This document shows, piece by piece, positions 7,936 to 13,785 of a stretch of 13,785 nt of DNA. Each line of letters begins with the position of its first letter. Positions within the stretch are counted from its first letter, which is position 1. The stretch is from Candidatus Aenigmatarchaeota archaeon (GTDB taxonomy: Archaea > Aenigmatarchaeota > Aenigmatarchaeia > CG10238-14 > SCSR01). The notes below the pieces were generated by a model. It had not been told where the DNA came from and ran no database searches. It worked only from the letters and a program-made list of their open reading frames with translations. The position numbers were made by a program, and so were the translations under genes. The DNA is taken from the NCBI GenBank assembly GCA_038998625.1, contig JAWADS010000010.1:2799-16583 (forward strand). Direction: 5' to 3'.

Positions 7936-8661
7936 ATGGGCAAACCAAAGAAACAGGTAATAGTTAATGGTAGGAGATTAGATGGTAGGCTCCCTGATGA
8001 AATGAGACCCATTACTATGAAATTAGATGTAGTATCTCAGGCTGATGGCTCAGCCGAAGTGAGGTTTGGTAACACTATAGTTATAGCTTCTGTCTATGGA
8101 CCCCGAGCCCTTTATCCTAAACATTTACAAGAAGTGGAAACTGGAATTTTGCGTTGTAGATATAATATGGCTCCTTTTTCTGTTGATGAAAGAAAATCCC
8201 CTGGGCCAGATAGAAGAAGTATAGAATTGTCGAAAGTTATAAGGTCTACTTTGGAACCAGCTATTTTTTTAGAAGAATTTCCCAGAGCTACTATAGATGT
8301 TTTTGTAGAAGTAATACAAGGAGATGGTTCTACAAGGGTAACTGGAATAAATGCTGCGTCATTAGCCTTAGCCTCTGCTGGCATTCCTATGAGAGATTTA
8401 GTGGCAGCCTGCTCTGTAGGGAAAATTAATGGAACTTTAGTCGTAGATTTGAATGGAGAGGAAGATGTTAATTCAGAAAGTGATGTAAATTTTGCTTTTT
8501 TGCCGAGCAAAGATGAAGTCACACTTTTACAATCTGATGGTGAGCTAACAAAAGAAGAATTAATGCAACTTTTGGATTATGCGAAGAAAAATTGTTGGAA
8601 GATATATGAGATGCAGAAAAAAGCACTTAAAGATAAATACAAAGCTATGGAAAGTGATTAA
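7936..8661 (+). CDS. rrp41: Exosome catalytic subunit Rrp41
   Basis: RLDGR..EMRP, ADGSA, YNMAPFS..ERK, DRRSIELSKVI, DGSTR, DL..EED. Confidence 0.96.
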   Translation: MGKPKKQVIVNGRRLDGRLPDEMRPITMKLDVVSQADGSAEVRFGNTIVIASVYGPRALYPKHLQEVETGILRCRYNMAPFSVDERKSPGPDRRSIELSKVIRSTLEPAIFLEEFPRATIDVFVEVIQGDGSTRVTGINAASLALASAGIPMRDLVAACSVGKINGTLVVDLNGEEDVNSESDVNFAFLPSKDEVTLLQSDGELTKEELMQLLDYAKKNCWKIYEMQKKALKDKYKAMESD

Positions 8662-9420
8662 ATGGAAGAAAAATTTATTTTGGAATTATTAGAAAAAGGT
8701 AAAAGAATTGACAACAGGGCTTTTGATGAATTCAGACCTATAGAAATTTTAAAGGGGATAGTTAAAAAAGCAGAAGGTTCTGCTAGAGTTAGATTAGGTT
8801 TGACGGAAGTTATAGCTGGAGTAAAAATTGATTTAGCTACACCCTTTAAAGATACTCCGGATGAAGGAATATTAATTGTTAATGCTGAATTTACTCCCCT
8901 TGCTTCACCATTTTTTGAATCAGGCCCACCAGGGGAAGATGCTATAGAGTTAGCAAGAGTTGTAGATAGGGCAATAAGAGAAAGTAAGTGTATAGATATG
9001 AAAAAATTGGTTTTAGTTGCTGGTGAAAAGGTTTTTTCGGTTTTTATAGATATTCACATAATTAACCATGAAGGGAATTTAATTGATGCTGCGGCTTTAG
9101 CAAGTGTAGCTGCTCTAACCAATACGAAAATTCCAAAAGTAGAAAATGAGGAAACAATTATTAGGGGAGAATATGAAAAAGATTTGCCTTTACTATACAA
9201 GCCAATAACGATAACAATAGGAAAATTAAAAGATGCTTTTTTAGTTGACCCAAATTTAAAAGAAGAAAATGTGCTTGAAGCTAAATTAAGCATTGGGGTT
9301 AGAGATGATAATAAAATATGCGCTATGCAAAAGCAAGGAAAAGCATTTAGATATTCTGAAATCGAAAAAATTGTTGAGTTAGCTATAAAAAAATCTGAAG
9401 AATTAAGAAGGTTGATATAA
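8662..9420 (+). CDS. rrp42: Exosome subunit Rrp42
   Basis: KAEGSARVRLG, PFKDTPDEG, FESGPPGEDAIELARVVDRAIRES, GNLIDAA, AMQK. Confidence 0.96.
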   Translation: MEEKFILELLEKGKRIDNRAFDEFRPIEILKGIVKKAEGSARVRLGLTEVIAGVKIDLATPFKDTPDEGILIVNAEFTPLASPFFESGPPGEDAIELARVVDRAIRESKCIDMKKLVLVAGEKVFSVFIDIHIINHEGNLIDAAALASVAALTNTKIPKVENEETIIRGEYEKDLPLLYKPITITIGKLKDAFLVDPNLKEENVLEAKLSIGVRDDNKICAMQKQGKAFRYSEIEKIVELAIKKSEELRRLI

Positions 9421-9587
9421 TGCCGGTAAGAACTTTAAGTAAGAAAATTAAGCTTGCAAAAATCAGTAAAATAAGAAATGCACCTAGATGGGCAGATATA
9501 AGAAAATTTGGGTTGAAAAGAGCTAGAAGGAGAAGGATTAAAGTAGATAAAATAAAAAGATGGAGAAGAAGTAAATTAAGAATTTAA
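9420..9587 (+). CDS. rpl39e: 50S ribosomal protein L39e (55 aa, absent from the ORF track)
   Basis: Hand translation MPVRTLSKKIKLAKISKIRNAPRWADIRKFGLKRARRRRIKVDKIKRWRRSKLRI shows the K.KLAK...P.W...R.WRRSKL pattern. TAATG overlap with rrp42. Confidence 0.88.
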   Translation: MPVRTLSKKIKLAKISKIRNAPRWADIRKFGLKRARRRRIKVDKIKRWRRSKLRI

Positions 9588-9591
9588 CTTT

Positions 9592-9675
9592 TTATTGCTT
9601 TAGCTTTGTTCTTTCGCCGCGCTCTATTGTGAAAGCCATCAAAAGGATTGATGATATAAATGCGCTTATACCTTT
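9592..9675 (-). pseudogene. Truncated pilin N-terminal remnant (KGISAFISSILLMAFTI, then unrelated ERGERTKLKQ*)
   Basis: 9628-9675 matches 10037-10084 (pilin 5' end) at 43 of 48 nt and encodes a class III signal peptide segment. Confidence 0.7.
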
Positions 9676-10090
9676 AACTACTCCAGCAACTATCACCACT
9701 CTTACAACTACCTTCTACTGGAACTGTTGCCAAACATAAACCTTTAGCTATTACTGATGTGTTTGTACCTCTTGTCCAACCAACTGAGTTCACACTACCA
9801 GGATTCAAAGTTGACCCTCCTGAAAGTATAGATGTACCATCACCCGCTATTATATTAATACTCGATATAGCTTGATTACTTGGATTTGAATAAATTATTC
9901 TTGTAGCAGTCACGCTATCAATCTTTATGTAAGCCCCGGCACACTTTGTTTGATTTGTTGTAGAAGCTTCTACAGAACCTGTAGAAGTAGTGGTAAAACC
10001 TGTTAGCCAAAAAGAAATTATCCCCCCTACTGCTACTGTGAAAGCTATCAAAAGGATTGCTGCTATAAATGTGCTTACACCTTTCGACAT
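9674..10090 (-). CDS. Archaeal type IV pilin-like protein (class III signal peptide)
   Basis: MSKG|VSTFIAAILLIAFTVAVGGII prepilin cleavage motif plus hydrophobic helix. S/T-rich globular part with 4 Cys and several N-x-S/T sequons. Confidence 0.88.
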   Translation of the reverse strand: MSKGVSTFIAAILLIAFTVAVGGIISFWLTGFTTTSTGSVEASTTNQTKCAGAYIKIDSVTATRIIYSNPSNQAISSINIIAGDGTSILSGGSTLNPGSVNSVGWTRGTNTSVIAKGLCLATVPVEGSCKSGDSCWSS

Positions 10091-10115
10091 AGTTATAAAT
10101 AATTTTGTTTTTTTC

Positions 10116-10133
10116 CTTAAAAAGCTTTATAAG
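10116..10133. promoter_or_regulatory. Near-palindromic back-to-back TATA/BRE element (pilin and rpl31e)
   Basis: CTTAAAAAGCTTTATAAG has 8 of 9 symmetric pairs. Each strand reads AAAGCTTT(A/T)TAAG, 23-25 nt before an ATG. Confidence 0.6.
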
Positions 10134-10156
10134 TCTTTCTATTTGTATAAAAAATA

Positions 10157-10396
10157 ATGGAAGAAAAAATAATAATCATTAATTTAAGAAAAAAACTTAT
10201 ACAATCGCCTGTTTGGAAAAGAAAACCTAGAGCTATTAGATTTCTAAGGGAAATTTTCAAGAAAAGAACTAAAGCAAAAAAAATTATTATTGATGAGAAT
10301 TTAAATAAAGAAATTTGGAAAGTTAAAGATCTAGCTAAAATCAGGATTAAAATGATAAAATTGGATGATAAAACTGTAAGATTAGAAAAAATATAA
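10157..10396 (+). CDS. rpl31e: 50S ribosomal protein L31e
   Basis: IINLR, WKRKPRAIRFLRE, IIDENLNKEIW, KIRIK. Confidence 0.88.
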   Translation: MEEKIIIINLRKKLIQSPVWKRKPRAIRFLREIFKKRTKAKKIIIDENLNKEIWKVKDLAKIRIKMIKLDDKTVRLEKI

Positions 10397-10404
10397 TTCC
10401 TTCC

Positions 10405-10572
10405 CTATTTTTTCAATAAAAATTCTGTGTAACCGCATTTTCCGCAAGTTAGCCTATCTTTATGCTGAGCTAAAAATCCTTCTGTGCACTTTGGACAAAA
10501 TTTTCTTGTCCTTTCTAAAAGATTTCCAGAAACTTTATAATAATCCTTTGCCTTAACTGGTTTGTGTTTCAA
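10405..10572 (-). CDS. rps27ae: 30S ribosomal protein S27ae (55 aa, absent from the ORF track)
   Basis: TTG start after [63 protein letters not shown] contains the C4 zinc ribbon. Confidence 0.93.
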   Translation of the reverse strand: MKHKPVKAKDYYKVSGNLLERTRKFCPKCTEGFLAQHKDRLTCGKCGYTEFLLKK

Positions 10573-10849
10573 GTTTTTCACCTTCTTTTTTTTCCTTTTT
10601 TTGATCTTTTGCCTCTGTAAATCTTTCTTCTAAGATTTTTACTTTAGCTAAAGATTCGCTTATTCCCTTTTTTGTAAAAATATAATCTATTTTTATTTGT
10701 GAGATATCTACATTATGCCTCTCTGCTAAAACTTTTGTTAATTCTGCTTTAGAAGGAGTTGCTTCCGCAGGGTGCTTTAAAACTAAAGTTAATTCTTTTC
10801 TTTTAAAGAAGGTATTATTTTTTTCCTTAATTATTATAATTTCCATCAT
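10553..10849 (-). CDS. rps24e: 30S ribosomal protein S24e
   Basis: [12 protein letters not shown]...[14 protein letters not shown]; lies between spt4 and rps27ae. Confidence 0.9.
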   Translation of the reverse strand: MMEIIIIKEKNNTFFKRKELTLVLKHPAEATPSKAELTKVLAERHNVDISQIKIDYIFTKKGISESLAKVKILEERFTEAKDQKKEKKEGEKLETQTS

Positions 10850-10852
10850 AAA

Positions 10853-11041
10853 TTAACCTACATATAAAGCATATCTTCCTGGTTCGTCTATTCCCAACAA
10901 CTTTGCAATCTCGCTATTAACATCATTTATTATAACTAATCCTTTCCAACTGGCGGATAAATTTGTGGATTTACAAGATGGGCAGAAATTTTCTTTTGTA
11001 AATCTTCTACAATTTCTACAAGCTTGTATCTTTTTTGCCAT
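10853..11041 (-). CDS. spt4: Transcription elongation factor Spt4 (RpoE2)
   Basis: ACRNC, CPSC, W.GLVII, SEIAKLLGI..PGRYAL. Confidence 0.95.
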   Translation of the reverse strand: MAKKIQACRNCRRFTKENFCPSCKSTNLSASWKGLVIINDVNSEIAKLLGIDEPGRYALYVG

Positions 11042-11045
11042 TATA

Positions 11046-11591
11046 TCACTTCTTTTTCTTCTTCTTTTCTTCTTCCAACCAAACTAAGCTACCTAAGCCA
11101 GGCTGTCGCATTGTCAAACCAATCTTCTGTTGCTCTGCATAAGATATAGAAATAATCCTTGCCCTAACTTTATCCCCTTCTCTCAATGTTCTTCTCTTCT
11201 CTTTCCCAATAAAAACAGAATTTTTGTTATCATAACTTACAAAATCATCCATTATTTGAGAAATATGAACCAATCCATCTAAAGGACCTATTCTTACAAA
11301 AGAGCCAAACTCAGTATTATCTATAATTTCACCATAAACCATTTCATGGAGCTCTGGTTTATAAACAAGAATCTTAAATTTTGTTAGATAATGAACTCCA
11401 GGATCCATGGGTAAAATCTTCCCTTCTCCGATTTCGTCAACGCTGACCACTGCTAAAATTACTCCAACCTTTGGGTCCAAAGTGCCTTCAAATTTTTCTG
11501 CTATGGATTCTTTTATCGCATCTCTTAATTTCATTCCCATTTTTTCCGGAGGAACTCTTATCCGATCTTGAACAGTCAGTATTCTGTACAT
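11046..11591 (-). CDS. rpoE1: RNA polymerase subunit Rpo7 (RpoE')
   Basis: RVPPE, GEGKI..DPGVHY, FGSFVRIGPLDGLVHISQIMDD, KIGLTMRQPGLG. Confidence 0.96.
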   Translation of the reverse strand: MYRILTVQDRIRVPPEKMGMKLRDAIKESIAEKFEGTLDPKVGVILAVVSVDEIGEGKILPMDPGVHYLTKFKILVYKPELHEMVYGEIIDNTEFGSFVRIGPLDGLVHISQIMDDFVSYDNKNSVFIGKEKRRTLREGDKVRARIISISYAEQQKIGLTMRQPGLGSLVWLEEEKKKKKK

Positions 11592-11646
11592 TTCATCACT
11601 TTTTGTAGATATTATATTTTAAATTTAAATTAATTATAAAATTCAC

Positions 11647-13608
11647 TTAAAGTAGAGAGAATGCTGTTATGTATCCTGCTGCTAGTAATGCTACCATATT
11701 GAACACTTTAATTAAAGGGTTCAGAGAAACAGATGCAGTATCTTTGAAAGGATCACCAACCGTGTCGCCTATGACAGCTGACTTATGTGCATCACTTCCC
11801 TTGCCACCAAAATTCCCTTCTTCTATATATTTTTTTGCATTGTCCCAGGCTGCGCCAGCATTGGCCATCATAACAGCTAAAAGGAAACCCGTTACTATAC
11901 TTCCTGCCAGCAAACCTCCCAAAGCCTCTGGACCAAGAATAAAGCCCACTATTATTGGTGAAATCACTGACAAAATTCCAGGAAGCAAAAATTCTTTCAA
12001 AGCTGCTCTTGTTGTTATATCTACGACTCTAGCATAATTAGGCTTTGCCCTACCTTGCATAATACCTTTTATTTTTTTAAATTGATATCTAACCTCTTCT
12101 ACAACACTAAAGGCAGTTTTTCCTACTGCTCGCATTGTGTAAGATGAAAACAAAAATGGTAGGGCTCCTCCAATGAATAAACCTGCTACAACATTGGAAT
12201 TTAAAATATCTATTTTATCTATATTTGATTCCTCAGCATATGCAACAAATAAAGACAATGCTGCTAACGCTGCAGCGCCTATAGCAAATCCCTTTGTTAC
12301 TGCTTTAGTAGTATTTCCTACAGCATCTAAAGCATCAGTTATCTTTCTTACCTTTTTTGACATTCCTGACATCTCAGCTATTCCTCCTGCGTTATCTGTT
12401 ATGGGGCCATAGGAATCGATGGAAACAATTATCCCAGTAAGGGAAAGCATACTTAGTGCAGCAATGGCTATGCCATAAACCCCTGCAAAATAATATGATA
12501 CCAATATTGCTAAAACTATTACCAAAACCGTTGGAAAAGTGCTTTTTAATCCCACTGCTATGCCAGTAATTACATTTGTCCCAGCACCAGTTTTTGCAGC
12601 CTCAGCTATTTCTCTAACAGATTTCTTTTCCCTCAGTGTATAATGCTCAGTTATTTTACCTATAGCTAATGTAACTAAAATTCCTGAAATTGCAGCAAGA
12701 AAAATATTCAAATCATTCAATAAATAATCAGTTAAAACAAAAAATAAAATGCCTGAGAAAATTGCAGAAGCTAAAAGTCCCCTATACAAGGCTTTCCATA
12801 TATTTTTATCTTTTCCGAGTTTTACGAAAAAAACCCCAAAAACAGATGATATTACAGCTGCAGTAGCTAAGTAAATTGGATATATAGTTGTATTATAACC
12901 TGAAATTAAACCTAGTAGCATAGCAGCAATTAAAGTAACCGCATAAGATTCAAAAAGGTCTGCAGCCATCCCGGCACAATCCCCTACGTTATCCCCTACG
13001 TTATCAGCAATCACCGCTGGATTTCTAGGGTCATCTTCAGGTATACCCTTTTCAACTTTACCCACTAAATCTGCCCCTACATCAGCAGCTTTTGTATATA
13101 TTCCGCCACCAACCCTCATAAAAAGACTAATCAAACTAGCGCCGAAGCCGAAACCAACAATTAATTTAGGATCATTAAACAAAAGATATAGCCCAGAAAC
13201 TCCTAGCAAGCCCAATCCAACAACAGCCATTCCTGTAACTGTACCGCCATGAAAAGCCAACTTTAATGCATCTTCCAATCCTTTTTTTGCAGCATTAGCT
13301 ACTCTTGTATTGGCCCTAACTGAAACATTCATCCCTAAGAATCCTGCAATACCAGAGAATAGAGTACCAAGTAAAAAGCTAATGGCAGTGGCTAAATTTA
13401 TAGCAAAAAATAAAACAAAGGTTAAAATCGAAATGATGGGAAGAAGGGTTCGATATTGCCTTAATAAATAAGCCATTGAACCTTCTTTCACAGCATTAGA
13501 AATTTCCAACATTTTTTGCGTTCCTGCTGGCTTAGATAAAACATAAAAATAAAGTATGGAAGCAAAAAGGAAAGTAAAGATACCTACTAAAGGTGCAAAA
13601 ACTATCAT
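11647..13608 (-). CDS. hppA: Membrane-bound ion-translocating pyrophosphatase, predicted K+-independent H+-PPase
   Basis: GGGIYTKAADVGADLVGKVE, EDDPRNPAVIADNVGDNVGD, GNTTKA (Lys at the K+-dependence site), GDTVGDPFKD; many TM helices. Confidence 0.96.
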   Translation of the reverse strand: MIVFAPLVGIFTFLFASILYFYVLSKPAGTQKMLEISNAVKEGSMAYLLRQYRTLLPIISILTFVLFFAINLATAISFLLGTLFSGIAGFLGMNVSVRANTRVANAAKKGLEDALKLAFHGGTVTGMAVVGLGLLGVSGLYLLFNDPKLIVGFGFGASLISLFMRVGGGIYTKAADVGADLVGKVEKGIPEDDPRNPAVIADNVGDNVGDCAGMAADLFESYAVTLIAAMLLGLISGYNTTIYPIYLATAAVISSVFGVFFVKLGKDKNIWKALYRGLLASAIFSGILFFVLTDYLLNDLNIFLAAISGILVTLAIGKITEHYTLREKKSVREIAEAAKTGAGTNVITGIAVGLKSTFPTVLVIVLAILVSYYFAGVYGIAIAALSMLSLTGIIVSIDSYGPITDNAGGIAEMSGMSKKVRKITDALDAVGNTTKAVTKGFAIGAAALAALSLFVAYAEESNIDKIDILNSNVVAGLFIGGALPFLFSSYTMRAVGKTAFSVVEEVRYQFKKIKGIMQGRAKPNYARVVDITTRAALKEFLLPGILSVISPIIVGFILGPEALGGLLAGSIVTGFLLAVMMANAGAAWDNAKKYIEEGNFGGKGSDAHKSAVIGDTVGDPFKDTASVSLNPLIKVFNMVALLAAGYITAFSLL

Positions 13609-13617
13609 AATTTTACC

Positions 13618-13785
13618 TCAACCCATCATAATTTTTTTCTTTCCTCGTAAATAAATTATTTTAAAATTTAATTCTTTAAGCTTTTTTCTAAGTTCTTTGT
13701 CGTTTGTAGCAATAACATAATTTTTCTTAGCAAAATTAATTAACGCATCATCTGTGTTTTTATTTCTCATATCTAAAATCTTTAC
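13618..13785 (-). CDS. PIN-domain protein, Fcf1/Utp24-like (3' part only)
   Basis: Hand translation VKILDMRNKNTDDALINFAKKNYVIATNDKELRKKLKELNFKIIYLRGKKKIMMG* has the DD.L...VATND..L...IYLR motif. Typical position upstream of the rpoE operon. Confidence 0.85.
   Translation of the reverse strand, partial: VKILDMRNKNTDDALINFAKKNYVIATNDKELRKKLKELNFKIIYLRGKKKIMMG

Noticed and set aside
6901..9293. Minus-strand ORFs 6901-7122, 7821-8012, 8112-8522 and 9054-9293
   Set aside because: Antisense to well-conserved sdo1 and exosome genes.
11669..12412. Plus-strand ORFs 11669-12037 and 12173-12412
   Set aside because: Antisense shadows of hppA.
12979..13005. 12-nt tandem repeat (ATCCCCTACGTT)
   Set aside because: Encodes the conserved DNVGDNVGD catalytic motif of membrane PPases.
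1..13785. CRISPR arrays, tRNA/rRNA genes, transposases, alternative genetic code, further introns
   Set aside because: None seen. TAA, TAG and TGA all terminate conserved genes normally, and the other genes read through without breaks. In-frame micro-introns cannot be excluded without alignments.

Overview
AT-rich archaeal housekeeping region. The compact genes, short eL15, SepF and type IV pilin suggest a DPANN-type genome; the taxon is an inference. Gene order: partial prefoldin beta, UPF0147, SepF, glyS, fen, a small membrane protein, the exosome/proteasome/RNase P superoperon (rpl15e, rnp3, rnp2, psmA, sdo1, rrp4, rrp41, rrp42), rpl39e, an inverted pilin, rpl31e, then a minus-strand operon (PIN, hppA, rpoE1, spt4, rps24e, rps27ae). 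The main finding is a 32-nt frame-breaking insert (5785-5816) in the invariant N-terminus of the proteasome alpha gene. It folds into a bulge-helix-bulge-like structure whose predicted endonuclease cuts exactly restore YDRT-I-AVFSPDG, making it a candidate tRNA-type intron in a protein-coding mRNA. Other findings: probable ATT start codons, a membrane H+-PPase in the operon slot normally held by soluble PPase, a duplicated pilin N-terminal remnant, an unannotated 43-aa ORF and a C-terminally shortened eL15.
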